Source of the DNA: an uncultured delta proteobacterium
Lineage (GTDB): Bacteria; Desulfobacterota; Desulfobacteria; Desulfobacterales; Desulfosalsimonadaceae
DNA length: 64,000 bases
Direction of reading: 5' to 3'
Assembly (NCBI GenBank): GCA_963826785.1
Contig: CAWGYD010000006.1
Span: forward strand, 128,001 to 192,000
Made by a program: the position numbers and the translations under genes. The notes under the pieces were generated by a model. The model was not told where the DNA came from, did no database searches, and saw only the letters and a program-made list of their open reading frames with translations. Below, piece after piece: positions 1-10,553 of this stretch (positions within the stretch are counted from its first letter, which is position 1; every line of letters begins with the position of its first letter).

Positions 1-1
1 C

Positions 2-3000
2 CGGGTCAGCGTGGTCATCCTGTCCCTGATCATCCTGGTGCTGGGGATCTACTGCTACAGCGCCATCCCCCGGGAGGACGAACCCGATATCACCATCCCC
101 TATGTGTTCGTGTCCACGCCGTACAAGGGGGTGGCCGCCTCGGACATCGAGACCGCCGTCACCATTCCCATCGAAAAAAAGCTCAAAGGGCTCGAAAACG
201 TCAAGAACATCAAATCGGTGAGTTCCGAGGGCATCTCCAACATCAACATCGAGTTTATTCCCGGCACCAACATCGATGACGTCCTGCAGAAGGTCCGGGA
301 CAAGGTGGATGAAGCCAAACGGGACCTGCCCACCGACCTGGAGAACGACCCCATGATCTATGAGGTCAATCTCTCGGAACTGCCCATCGTGGTCTATTCC
401 CTTTCCGGAACCGCGGGGATGATTGCGCTCAAACGGATCGCCGACGACCTGGAAGAGGACATCGAGTCGATTCCCGGGGTGCTGGAAGTCGATATCACCG
501 GCGGTCAGGAACGGGAAATCATCATCGAAGTGGACCCGGACAAGATGGCCTACTACCGGATTCCCATCACCACCTTCCAGCAGGTGGTGGCATCTGAAAA
601 CACCAACACCTCCGGCGGCGCCATCACCCTGGGCCACGGCCGGTATCAGCTGCGGGTGCCGGGCGAGTTTACCACCCCGGATGAAATTTACGGGCTGGTG
701 GTGGGAAGCTTCAACGGAAGGCCGGTCTACCTGAAGGACATGGCCAAGGTGGTGGACGGGTTCAAGGATGAAGACAGCCGCTCACGTTTGGACGGAAGGG
801 ATGCGGTCAACATCGCCGTGAAGAAGCGCGCGGGGGAGAACATCATCCAGATCGTGGACGCGGTGGACCGGCTCATTAATGATCAGAAGGGCGCCTGGCC
901 CCGGGGTACGGAAATCATCAAGCTGATGAACAAGGCCAAGGGCATCCGCCTGATGCTGGCCGACCTGGAAAACAACATCCTTTCCGGGCTGCTGCTGGTG
1001 GTGGTGGTGCTCCTGTTCGCCCTGGGATTCCGCAATGCCACTATGGTGGGACTGGCCATCCCGTTTTCCATGCTGCTTTCCTTCATGATCATCTATGCCA
1101 TGGGGATCACCTTGAACATCGTGGTCCTCTTTTCCCTCACCCTGGCACTGGGCATGCTGGTGGACAACGCCATCGTGATCATCGAAAACATCTACCGGTA
1201 CATGGAGCAGGGCGTTCCCCGCAGGGAAGCCACCATGCGGGCCACCTCCGAAGTCGCCTATCCGGTGATCGGCTCCACCCTGACCACACTGGCGGCGTTC
1301 GCCCCCATGATCTTCTGGCCGGGGATCATGGGCGAATTCATGAAATTTCTGCCCATCACCCTGATCATCACCCTCACCTCCAGCCTGTTCGTGGCCCTGG
1401 TGATCAACCCCGCCCTGGCTTCTTATTTCATGAAGGTCAAAACACCCGCCGACCGGCCGGCGATAAGCGCGGAAGAGATCGAGGCCGTGGGAGAAAAGCC
1501 CATTGCCATACAGGGCGTTATCCTGAGGATGTACCGGCGCTTTCTGGAATATGCCCTGGATCACCGGCTGTCGGTGGTGGCGGCATCCTTTCTGCTCCTG
1601 GTCATCCTCATGCAGGTCTGGAAACTGACCATCGGCCTGGAAAAGCCGGTGGAATTCTTCCCCAGCCTGGATCCCAAGAGCGCCTATGTGAACGTGGACC
1701 CTCCGGAAGGGGCGGACCTGGACTACATGGACCATGTGATCCGGGAGATTGAAATCGCGGTCAACCACCCGGATTTGCCCCCGGGGCTCTCATTTGCGGA
1801 AAAATACCGGCAGGCCTATGTTCCGCGACAGCATACCCGGATGTCCGGCGAAACATTTGAAGGGCCGTCGGACATTTCCAATATCGAACACATCTATGCC
1901 ACGGCCAAAAAGAAGGCCGGCAGCTCCCTTTTTTCCGAATATTCGGATAACCGTCTGGGCATCCAGTTTTTAGATTACGAGGACCGCAAAACCCCGTCGG
2001 CCAAAGACATCGAAATCATCCGGCAGCGGGTGGCCGAAATTCCCGGGGCCCGGATCACCGTGGCCGAGGAGAAGGGGGGGCCGCCCACGGGCGCGCCCAT
2101 CAACATTGAAATCGCCGGCGAGGATGTCCGCCTGCTGGGGGAAATCGCGGCCCAGGTGAGAAGCATCGTCGCCAAAATTCCCCACGTAGTGGATGTAAAA
2201 GACGATTACATGGATGCCCTCCCCTCGGTGCAGATCGATATCGACCGCCAGAAGGCGGCCCTGTTCGGGCTGTCCACCAACCTGATCGGGTTTGCATTAA
2301 AAACCGCTTATAACGGCCTGGATGTGTCCACCTACCGGGAGGGCGGTGACGACTATGACATCACCGTCAAATTCACCGAGGATGACCGCAGGGTCACGGA
2401 TGTGCTCCGGAAGCTGATGATCCCCACCCCGGTGGGGCAGCTGGTGCCCCTGACCACGCTGGCCAGCATCAAGTACGCAGGCAGCATCGGCGACATCAAC
2501 CGCATCAACCATGAACGGGTGGTGACGGTCAAGGCCGACGTGGACGAATCCAAGGTCCCCGGATCGGTGGCCAAAAACCAGGCGGAAGCGCTGCTGGCCG
2601 ATTTCGTGCTTCCCCCCGGGTATGCCATCTCCTTTACCGGACAGAACGAGCATGAGAAGGAATCGAGCGAATTTCTCACCAAGACCTTTGTCATCGCCAT
2701 ATTCTTGATTTTTTTGATACTGGTCACCATTTTCAATTCCGTGGGCCAACCCCTGATCATCATGACCTCGGTGATCCTCTCCCTGGGCGGCGTCTACCTG
2801 GGCCTGACCGTCATGCGGTATCCCTTCGGCATCATCATGTCCGGGGTGGGGGTGATCTCACTGGCCGGGGTGGTGGTGAACAACGCCATCGTTTTAATCG
2901 ATTATATCAACAAGCTGCGAGACCGGGGCATGGGTCTGCGCGACGCCATCATCTCCGGCGGCGCCACCCGGCTGCGGCCGGTGATGCTCACCGCCATCAC

Positions 3001-3259
3001 CACCATTTTAGGCCTGGTCCCCATGGTCACCGGCATTTCCATCAACTTCAGGGCGCTGTCCATTTCCCTGGTCAGCGAAACCTCCCAGTACTGGAAATCC
3101 ATGTCCGTGGTGGTCATTTTCGGCCTGCTCATGGCCACCCTGCTGACCCTGGTGGTGGTCCCCACCCTCTATTCCCTGTTTGCCACGGCCCCGGACTGGT
3201 TTTCTCTCCAGTACACCCGAATCAAAAAATGGTACTGGAAACCTTTTTCGACCCTGTAG
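2..3259 (+). CDS. RND efflux transporter permease, AcrB/AcrD/AcrF family (5' end outside window)
   Basis: >1080 aa with two TM clusters and periplasmic loops; GMLVDNAIVIIENI, GVVVNNAIVL and RLRPVMLTAITT motifs; frame open to the window edge. Confidence 0.95.
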   Translation, partial: RVSVVILSLIILVLGIYCYSAIPREDEPDITIPYVFVSTPYKGVAASDIETAVTIPIEKKLKGLENVKNIKSVSSEGISNINIEFIPGTNIDDVLQKVRDKVDEAKRDLPTDLENDPMIYEVNLSELPIVVYSLSGTAGMIALKRIADDLEEDIESIPGVLEVDITGGQEREIIIEVDPDKMAYYRIPITTFQQVVASENTNTSGGAITLGHGRYQLRVPGEFTTPDEIYGLVVGSFNGRPVYLKDMAKVVDGFKDEDSRSRLDGRDAVNIAVKKRAGENIIQIVDAVDRLINDQKGAWPRGTEIIKLMNKAKGIRLMLADLENNILSGLLLVVVVLLFALGFRNATMVGLAIPFSMLLSFMIIYAMGITLNIVVLFSLTLALGMLVDNAIVIIENIYRYMEQGVPRREATMRATSEVAYPVIGSTLTTLAAFAPMIFWPGIMGEFMKFLPITLIITLTSSLFVALVINPALASYFMKVKTPADRPAISAEEIEAVGEKPIAIQGVILRMYRRFLEYALDHRLSVVAASFLLLVILMQVWKLTIGLEKPVEFFPSLDPKSAYVNVDPPEGADLDYMDHVIREIEIAVNHPDLPPGLSFAEKYRQAYVPRQHTRMSGETFEGPSDISNIEHIYATAKKKAGSSLFSEYSDNRLGIQFLDYEDRKTPSAKDIEIIRQRVAEIPGARITVAEEKGGPPTGAPINIEIAGEDVRLLGEIAAQVRSIVAKIPHVVDVKDDYMDALPSVQIDIDRQKAALFGLSTNLIGFALKTAYNGLDVSTYREGGDDYDITVKFTEDDRRVTDVLRKLMIPTPVGQLVPLTTLASIKYAGSIGDINRINHERVVTVKADVDESKVPGSVAKNQAEALLADFVLPPGYAISFTGQNEHEKESSEFLTKTFVIAIFLIFLILVTIFNSVGQPLIIMTSVILSLGGVYLGLTVMRYPFGIIMSGVGVISLAGVVVNNAIVLIDYINKLRDRGMGLRDAIISGGATRLRPVMLTAITTILGLVPMVTGISINFRALSISLVSETSQYWKSMSVVVIFGLLMATLLTLVVVPTLYSLFATAPDWFSLQYTRIKKWYWKPFSTL

Positions 3260-3286
3260 CCGTTCGGGTATGGTGAGATCAGATTG

Positions 3287-3329
3287 GAAATCGTGCGCTT
3301 AAACGGCACACGTGCTCGTGCACGATTTC
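3287..3329 (+). terminator. Inverted repeat downstream of RND gene (possible terminator or small repeat)
   Basis: Perfect 10-bp arms GAAATCGTGC ... GCACGATTTC; no long U tract. Confidence 0.35.
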
Positions 3330-3592
3330 AGAAAAATTGAGCGCCTGTCGCACGATTACACGGCGCACTTTTGCAGCCGACTGTTTCTCCGTATTTGCAA
3401 GTCCGCAGAAACCTTCCAATTTGCAATTGAATTTTCCTGTTTTTGTCTTGTATAGTGTATTGTGAAAATTCGTTCACGTGCATAACCACATGTACCTTTA
3501 CGTGCACGTCAAACCAGGGACCTGAATGCGCTAATCGTGATGCCTCTCTTAGAAATGACATATCGGCCGGGATTCTTTATGGGTAAGGCGCC

Positions 3593-6500
3593 ATGAAATA
3601 CCAGAAACTCCTGTATTTCATGCAAAACGTGGGAAAAGACCCCTCGGCGCTGATGTTCGAGGATTACCTGACCGGCCTGAACAACCGCCGGTTCCTGCTG
3701 CATCACATGAAACACAACATCAACTGGGAGACCTTAAACGAAACCCCGGTTTCCCTGCTGATGATGGATATCGATTTTTTCAAGCGGATCAATGAGCAGT
3801 ACGGCCATGGCGTGGGCGACCAGGCCCTGATCCATATCACCGGCCTCATCAAGGAGGTGGCCAAAAACAAGGGGATTCCGGTGTTGTATGCCGGGGACCA
3901 GTTCATCATTCTCTGCCCCAACTGCGCCAAGAAGGACTCCCTGGCCATGGGCGCGGAGCTTGTGCGCAAGGTCAATGAGCATCTTTTTTTCTCCGCTGAA
4001 GCCGGCACCGCCATCCCCGTTACCCTGAGCATCGGCATCGCCACTGCCCCGGACGATGCCGGCAGCGGCCGGGACCTCATCGGCCAGGCCGCCAATGCCT
4101 TGAACCACGCCAAGGAATTCGGCCGCAACCGCCATGTGGACGCCGGCATGGTGAGCCGCCAGGCCCTGCAATACCTGGAAAGCGCCGGCATCGTCGGCCG
4201 CAAACGCCAGTTCGAGCAGGTCGGCGCCGTACTGAAGCAATTCAGTGAGGGCCAGAACCCATTTTTGATCATCGACGGCGCTCCCGGCATGGGAAAAACG
4301 AGTTTCCTGGACACCCTCCAGCGGAACCTTGAAAAATCCAAAGCCAGCCCCGTCCGGGTGGCCGGGGTGCACCAGGAATCATTTCGGCCATATTACCTGA
4401 TATCCTACATCATCATCGAGCTGATGAACCGGCGGGAGGACAAGGGCACCGGCATCTTAAGGGCCCTGGACGAAAATGAGATCGACCGCCTGGCCCATAT
4501 CATCCCCCAGATCGAGGATTCCGAGGTGCCCATGCCCGAAGATGATCCGGCGCACCGGGATGAAATCTTCAAATCGTTTATCCATTTCTTCGCATCGCTT
4601 ACGGGGGATGCCCCCCTGATCCTGCTGATCGACGACCTGCATTACGTCGACCCGGCCTCGCTTCACCTCATGCGGGTGATCATGCGGGAAAAATCGATCC
4701 GCCTGTTTGTCTGCGCCACCGCCGCCGAGGAAAAGGAGACCCGTCCCGAAGCCATTCCCCTGGAGCTCTTCCGCACGGCATACGGCAGCGAACTGCGCAT
4801 CAGGCAAATCCGGCTGACGCCCCTGTCCGGAGACGACATCACCAAATACATGACCATCACGTTTCCGGGCATCGAGGTACCCCCGCGGCTGACCCGCGAA
4901 CTGCTGGAGATCTCGAGGGGAAACCCGCTGTTTGTCATGGAAATCCTGCGGCGGATGATCAATGACCGGAAGATCGTCCAGTCCGATCACCAGTGGAAAA
5001 TCACCCGCCTGGAACGGCGCTACTTTCCCCGTTCCCTGGAAGACATCATCCAGAATAAACTCGATGCGCTGGATATCGAGAGCAAACGTTTCCTGGAATG
5101 TGCCGCCGCCTTCGGGGAATCGATTTCACTTTCCATGCTCACCGGCAATTACAATGAAAAATCCTCCCGTATTCATGATTTCTTAAATCAGGGGGTCAGC
5201 CAGGGGATCGTTCGGTCCGATTTTACGGATAATGATGAAAATATCCGGTTTTTGAGCAAACGCATCCGGGAGATCATCTACGACGGCATCCATACGGACC
5301 AGCGCAAGAATCTCCATGAAGAGATCGGCGCCTATCACGAAAAACTCTACAAGCAGCACCTGCTGCCTTCCGCCTCATTTCTGGCCTATCATTTCGCCCA
5401 TTCCCCCAACACGGAAAAAGCCAAGACCTACGACCAGCTCCAGAGCGAACTCAACCGCCGGGTATTCAACCACAAGGAAATCGACAAGTATGTGAAGGAA
5501 GCGGCGGGAGACGATGCTGCGGGTGTGGAAGAGATCGGCGACGAAGCGGTCAGCGAGGAAACCCGGGGCGTGGTGCCGATCATGCTGCGGTCTTTGATCG
5601 TGGCCGTACGAAACATCCGGCTTTACCCGGCGGACAGCAAATCGGTCACCAGCGCCGTGGATCAACTGGAGCAGCAGATCAACCAGATACTTGCCGATGT
5701 GGACCGGTTTTCCATCATAGAGGAAAAAGGGCACCTCTTGATCAACCAGGAAGAGATCGACACCGGCAATTTCAAATCCATCGCCGAAAAGATCATCGGC
5801 CTGTGGGATCAACTGCAGCTCAAGAGCCTCACTTTCATCAGGGGCGTCACTGCCGAAGAATTGCGCAAGGTGCTCGACCGCATCAGCCGGCTGGAGGTCA
5901 AATCCATGACCCCGGATTTCTGGCAGATGGCGATGCGCGAGCTTGGCCTGTCGCATGTCGTTCCCCGCCAGGTGAAATACACCAAGGTTTCCGGGGAGGC
6001 TTCGACTCCCGGAGATCCGGCAGCGGTGGAACTGCCGGATGAAGCCGAGGAACTCTACAGTCTAAGCGAAAAACCCATCGACGACAAACAGCTCAACCAG
6101 ATCCAGCGGGTGATCGCCAGCATACTGGGGGCGCACACCAAATTGAAACTCTACCCTGACAGCGGCCCGGTGGCCAAAAATGCCGTTCAGCAGGTCGTCT
6201 TTGATCTGAAGCAGTATCTCGCCCGGCGCCAGGCCTTGACCATTTCAAGGGTGGATAATACCCTGCTCATCAACGGCGTCAAGGTCGACACCTCCCGGTT
6301 TGAAACCCTGGCCGCCGGTCTGCACAAATTTCTGCGGGATGCGCGCCTGTACAGCATCACTTTTTTAAAAACCGTCACCCCCAAGGAACTCATTGCATTT
6401 TTTCCCGCCTCCACTCAACCGCCGGACGATGCGCTCACTTCCGGGTACTGGCAGAAATTCGCCCAGGATCGCAAGATCACGGGGATTCTGTTCAACCGGC

Positions 6501-7747
6501 GGGTCTATGATGTCATGGATGCCCTGCCGGGAAGCGCGGACAATGAAGCGGCGGAACCGGCCGTGGGGCAGAAAAAAGGAAGCGTCAAAGAGATGGATGA
6601 AAAATCGCTGCCCGAAAGACTCCGGGAACTGTTCCTGACCGGCCAGTTCAAAATGGCCAAAACCATCCTGGACCGGCTGGTGACGGAATACCAGAAAGCG
6701 GATGCCGCGGGTCGAAAGAAACAGATCGCCCTGTTTAAAACCATCGTGCACCCGAAAAAATGGCGGCCGACCGCTGCATACCTGAAGTTTTACCTCTCCC
6801 CGGTCATGGCGATTTTTGATCTGGAGAAAACCCCGGAACACATCCGCCAGATCGCCGTACTGCTCCAGGAGAGTGCCGTTAATTTCATCGTATTCGGAGA
6901 ATACGCACTGGCATCCTGGGTGTATGGGGCGCTTCAGGAGAAATCGGGGAAGGACGCCGTCTTTACCCGATTCAAGCTGGAAGCAAAAGTCGCCGACGTC
7001 ATCGCCCATGACCTGAGGTCAGATGATGCCGCACGGCAGCAGGAAGCCTATCAGCTGTTGAGCAGCATGGATCAGACCGCAATGCCCATGCTCATGGATG
7101 TCATCCGGCAGGAGGAGAACGTCAGGGCAAGACGCCTGGCAGCGGATCTGCTGGCTAAAAACCGGGTGGGCGCCGAGGATCTGATGAAAAAAACATTGAT
7201 GAATGATCCCGATCCCCGGGCCCGCGCGCGCATCCTGGAGGTGATCGATACCGTCACCACCGATCTGAGCTCTGAACTCGCCTATGTCCTTTCGGACACC
7301 CGGGAATCAGTGCGCAGAGCGGCGCTGCTTCTGGCCGAACGCTTAAATTCGCCCCCTGTGATCGATCTGCTGATCCAGTTTACCCGCACCGAAGACACGG
7401 AACTGGCCGTATCCGCCATCAATTGTCTGGGCCGGTTGAAAGCATCGGCCGCAGTTCCCGAACTGACCCGCATCATTGAGACTTCGGATGTCAAAGAACG
7501 CCTGATCGCCGCATGCCGGGCCCTGAGCCAGATCGGCGACAGCTCGGGAGCCGCCGCCCTGAATCGGATTCTTTATCCCAAACGGCGGCTCTTCTTCCGG
7601 CCCAAATACGATACCGCCGTGCGTATCGCCGCCGCCTATGCCGTATCCCAGCTGCCCGATTCCCAATCGGACGCTTTGATAAAGGCTTTGTCCGAAGACC
7701 CCGATCCGCGGATCCGGGAAGCGGTAAAGAACGTGAAAAAAAGCTGA
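3593..7747 (+). CDS. Multidomain protein: degenerate GGDEF + AAA_16/STAND-like ATPase + two repeated helical domains + C-terminal HEAT repeats
   Basis: DYLTGLNNRR, MMDIDFFKRINEQYGHGVGD, YAGDQF; Walker A GAPGMGKT, Walker B LLIDDLH, SRGNPLF; HEAT-like VRRAA / VRIAAAYA / DPDPRIREA. Confidence 0.85.
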   Translation: MKYQKLLYFMQNVGKDPSALMFEDYLTGLNNRRFLLHHMKHNINWETLNETPVSLLMMDIDFFKRINEQYGHGVGDQALIHITGLIKEVAKNKGIPVLYAGDQFIILCPNCAKKDSLAMGAELVRKVNEHLFFSAEAGTAIPVTLSIGIATAPDDAGSGRDLIGQAANALNHAKEFGRNRHVDAGMVSRQALQYLESAGIVGRKRQFEQVGAVLKQFSEGQNPFLIIDGAPGMGKTSFLDTLQRNLEKSKASPVRVAGVHQESFRPYYLISYIIIELMNRREDKGTGILRALDENEIDRLAHIIPQIEDSEVPMPEDDPAHRDEIFKSFIHFFASLTGDAPLILLIDDLHYVDPASLHLMRVIMREKSIRLFVCATAAEEKETRPEAIPLELFRTAYGSELRIRQIRLTPLSGDDITKYMTITFPGIEVPPRLTRELLEISRGNPLFVMEILRRMINDRKIVQSDHQWKITRLERRYFPRSLEDIIQNKLDALDIESKRFLECAAAFGESISLSMLTGNYNEKSSRIHDFLNQGVSQGIVRSDFTDNDENIRFLSKRIREIIYDGIHTDQRKNLHEEIGAYHEKLYKQHLLPSASFLAYHFAHSPNTEKAKTYDQLQSELNRRVFNHKEIDKYVKEAAGDDAAGVEEIGDEAVSEETRGVVPIMLRSLIVAVRNIRLYPADSKSVTSAVDQLEQQINQILADVDRFSIIEEKGHLLINQEEIDTGNFKSIAEKIIGLWDQLQLKSLTFIRGVTAEELRKVLDRISRLEVKSMTPDFWQMAMRELGLSHVVPRQVKYTKVSGEASTPGDPAAVELPDEAEELYSLSEKPIDDKQLNQIQRVIASILGAHTKLKLYPDSGPVAKNAVQQVVFDLKQYLARRQALTISRVDNTLLINGVKVDTSRFETLAAGLHKFLRDARLYSITFLKTVTPKELIAFFPASTQPPDDALTSGYWQKFAQDRKITGILFNRRVYDVMDALPGSADNEAAEPAVGQKKGSVKEMDEKSLPERLRELFLTGQFKMAKTILDRLVTEYQKADAAGRKKQIALFKTIVHPKKWRPTAAYLKFYLSPVMAIFDLEKTPEHIRQIAVLLQESAVNFIVFGEYALASWVYGALQEKSGKDAVFTRFKLEAKVADVIAHDLRSDDAARQQEAYQLLSSMDQTAMPMLMDVIRQEENVRARRLAADLLAKNRVGAEDLMKKTLMNDPDPRARARILEVIDTVTTDLSSELAYVLSDTRESVRRAALLLAERLNSPPVIDLLIQFTRTEDTELAVSAINCLGRLKASAAVPELTRIIETSDVKERLIAACRALSQIGDSSGAAALNRILYPKRRLFFRPKYDTAVRIAAAYAVSQLPDSQSDALIKALSEDPDPRIREAVKNVKKS

Positions 7748-7952
7748 CCCGTTTCTCCCGCTTCGGCCCCTGTTCCTGCGCTTCATCTGTAAAAGAGCAA
7801 GCGCAGGATCTGAAAACTCAGGCGACTTCCCGCCGGCTTTTTTTATCACCCCCTGATTCTTCTTTCTCATATGCGCCCCTGTACAAACGCCCAAACTATG
7901 ACCATACTTGTAGTATGATGATAACGTGAATAAACTATCAAGGAGGTCGCCG

Positions 7953-9023
7953 ATGCCAGATGACAAACTTTTTTCCCCCTTTTCCCTGAAAAACCTGAAT
8001 CTCAAAAACCGGATCGGGCTCGCCCCCATGACCCGGGTATCTTCGCCGGGAGACAGCATTCCCCGGCAGGATGTGCTCGACATGCTGGTGCGGCGGGCGC
8101 AAAACGGATGTGCCATGGTCTTCACCGAGGCCATCCTGACCGATTATGAAAGTGCCCAGGGATACCCAAACCAGTCCCGGCTGGTGACTGACCGGCAGAT
8201 CCGGGCCTGGCAGAAAGTGGTCAAAGCCATCCGGGATGCCGGTGCGGTCGCCATCATGCAGATGTTTCACTGCGGCCGGATCTCCTTCCCGCAAATCAAT
8301 CCGGCCGGCCGGGTGATCGCGCCCAGTGCCGTGGCGCCCCGCCAGGTCAACAGACTCACGAACAGCCCGTTTACGCTTCCCGATGAAATGAGCCGGTTTG
8401 ACATCGACCACGTTGTCTCCGGTTTTGCGGAAACCGCCCGGGGGGCTGTCGCCGCCGGATTTGACGGCATCGAGATCCATGGCGCCCACGGCTATCTGAT
8501 CAACCAGTTTCTTTCCGCATATTCCAACCGGCGCACCGATGATTACGGCGGCACGGTAAAAAACCGCTTCCGGTTTGCCCGGGAGGTGATCGCTGCGGTC
8601 TCCTCGGTCATCCCCCGGGAAATGCCGCTGACCTTTCGCATCTCCAACTGGGGGGTGGCCGACCCGGAAGTGTCGCTTTTTGAATCTGCCGATGAATGGC
8701 GGCAGATGATCCGGTATCTGGATGAACAGCCGGTGGATGCGATTTCGGTATCCACGAAAAACTTTGCTGAAAAGGTCTATGGAACGGATCGGAACATGGC
8801 GCAGATCACCCGGGAAGCCACCGAAAAGCCAATCCTGATCTGCGGCCGCATCTATGACCGGAGCACGGCGGACGAGGCGTTGAAAGACGCCGACATCATC
8901 CTGTCGGCCAAGTCGCTCCTGCTGAATCCGGACTGGGTGGCCGATATCAAGGCCCATAAACCACTTGAGCCGAAAACCGAGGAAGAGGCGAACGTGGCCT
9001 ATACCGAAACCCCGTTGCCGTGA
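7953..9023 (+). CDS. NADH:flavin oxidoreductase (Old Yellow Enzyme family)
   Basis: LKNRIGLAPMT, AGFDGIEIHGAHGYLINQFLS, NRRTDDYGG; AGGAGG RBS before ATG 7953. Confidence 0.93.
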   Translation: MPDDKLFSPFSLKNLNLKNRIGLAPMTRVSSPGDSIPRQDVLDMLVRRAQNGCAMVFTEAILTDYESAQGYPNQSRLVTDRQIRAWQKVVKAIRDAGAVAIMQMFHCGRISFPQINPAGRVIAPSAVAPRQVNRLTNSPFTLPDEMSRFDIDHVVSGFAETARGAVAAGFDGIEIHGAHGYLINQFLSAYSNRRTDDYGGTVKNRFRFAREVIAAVSSVIPREMPLTFRISNWGVADPEVSLFESADEWRQMIRYLDEQPVDAISVSTKNFAEKVYGTDRNMAQITREATEKPILICGRIYDRSTADEALKDADIILSAKSLLLNPDWVADIKAHKPLEPKTEEEANVAYTETPLP

Positions 9024-9049
9024 TTTCACAAGCGCCAGGGAGAAGGATC

Positions 9050-9209
9050 ATGTTCAAATTTCTGATGACCGGCAACAGCCCGGCCCAGTTCTTCATCCGC
9101 GTCGCACTGGGCGTGGTCTTTTTTCCTGCTGGTCATCGGCATCTGCCTGGCCCTGGTGGTCACCGGGGGCGGATGGCTGTCTGTGGACCGCGCCATACAG
9201 CCAAAATAA
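9050..9209 (+). pseudogene. DoxX family membrane protein remnant with large internal deletion
   Basis: N-terminus MFKFLMTGNSPAQFFIRVALGVVFFP joined out of frame at ~9126 to C-terminus LLVIGICLALVVTGGGWLSVDRAIQPK*. Confidence 0.75.
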
Positions 9210-9317
9210 AAAGAGGCGCGGTTTAATCCCAAGCCGCCCCGGCAATCTTGACAGTCGTTTCCTTTTGGGCGATACTCAGGGCCTGTCTGAAATGAAATAA
9301 AGAAAGGTCAAGATTGC

Positions 9318-10265
9318 ATGAATAAAATATCTGTTCTTCTGCTGCTCACTGTCGGAATCATAACCGGCTGCGCGACCGGCCGGTGGGTCAACGACCCGAT
9401 CATATCGGATCAGTACGTCAAGGTGGGCCTGGAGCACCGGGTTGGGGATGATGCGGTTTCCAATCCGCAATACCGCCATCCCGTCCAGATGGATCCCGCC
9501 CAGGTACGACAGCTCTTAACCGGCCTGACCTATCAGGAATCGGCCGTGCTTCTGGGAAAGCCCAAGATTGAGCCGGTTTTCCAGGATTTTGAACTGGCAC
9601 GGCTGGCGCCGGGTATTTCCGAAGCACTGGCCAAAGCCGGCCCCCGTGAACGGGTGGCCTTCACCTCTTTCAATAAGGGCGGCGGTCTTCTGTTCGCCAA
9701 GCGTCGGATAACCCAGGGCGTTATCTTTATGGACCCTGAAGACCTGCTCAATATCGCCTTTACCTGCATCAACTGTGAAACCCGGCCGGACGAACCCCTT
9801 AACCGATCCTCCGATCCGCTGCAGCGCGATCCGCTTGAGATCACCAAGACCGAGCGCCCCCTGATGTTGCAGCATCCCTTCACCACCATCCACATGGATG
9901 CAGATGGCCGTCTTCACCCCGATTGGGTGGTCATTGACCTGGATGAATTTTCAGCTTCGGCGGCGCGCGGTCCGGTCAACCCGGTACCCGCCTCACCTCC
10001 CGCGGCTGAAGAACCCGGATTGAAAGCCCCGGCACCCCAGGTGCCCCAGGCGCCAGATGCCGCCGTGTCCGCACGGGAAGCCGAACCTGAATTGCAGGCC
10101 GCGCCTGACCAGACCGGCAGCCGGTGGAACAGCCAGAAAGAGAAAATTAAAAGAGAATTTTCCCTTTTAAAGGAACTCTATGATGAAAAGCTGATTACTT
10201 CCGAAGAATACGAGGCCCGCAAAGCCAAACTGCTCGATCAGCTTGCCATCGATCAGGCGGACTGA
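9318..10265 (+). CDS. Lipoprotein with Pro/Ala linker and C-terminal SHOCT domain
   Basis: Lipobox ITGC; C-terminal LKELYDEKLITSEEYEARKAKLL. Confidence 0.8.
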   Translation: MNKISVLLLLTVGIITGCATGRWVNDPIISDQYVKVGLEHRVGDDAVSNPQYRHPVQMDPAQVRQLLTGLTYQESAVLLGKPKIEPVFQDFELARLAPGISEALAKAGPRERVAFTSFNKGGGLLFAKRRITQGVIFMDPEDLLNIAFTCINCETRPDEPLNRSSDPLQRDPLEITKTERPLMLQHPFTTIHMDADGRLHPDWVVIDLDEFSASAARGPVNPVPASPPAAEEPGLKAPAPQVPQAPDAAVSAREAEPELQAAPDQTGSRWNSQKEKIKREFSLLKELYDEKLITSEEYEARKAKLLDQLAIDQAD

Positions 10266-10307
10266 TGCGGGACTTGAAGGATCTCTTTTACTCGAGGGGG
10301 TGATCCC

Positions 10308-10544
10308 ATGGATTTAAACGGACTGATAAATTCCGTGATGAACCTGCTCCAATCCTATGATCTGGCTGTCATTATCGTCATCTTGGGTTTGGCCGTTCTT
10401 GTTTATGCGAAGCCCAAACCCATGCTGAAGATGGGGGCCATGGTTCTGGCCATTGCCGTCGTGTTTTACCTGATCTCACTCATGGGCGACATGACCTTCA
10501 CCGGGGTGGCGGAAAAAGAGCGGATGGTTCACCAGACCCCCTGA
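10308..10544 (+). CDS. Small two-TM membrane protein, hypothetical
   Basis: GAGGGGG RBS; two hydrophobic helices. Confidence 0.7.
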   Translation: MDLNGLINSVMNLLQSYDLAVIIVILGLAVLVYAKPKPMLKMGAMVLAIAVVFYLISLMGDMTFTGVAEKERMVHQTP

Positions 10545-10553
10545 GGAATCGAG

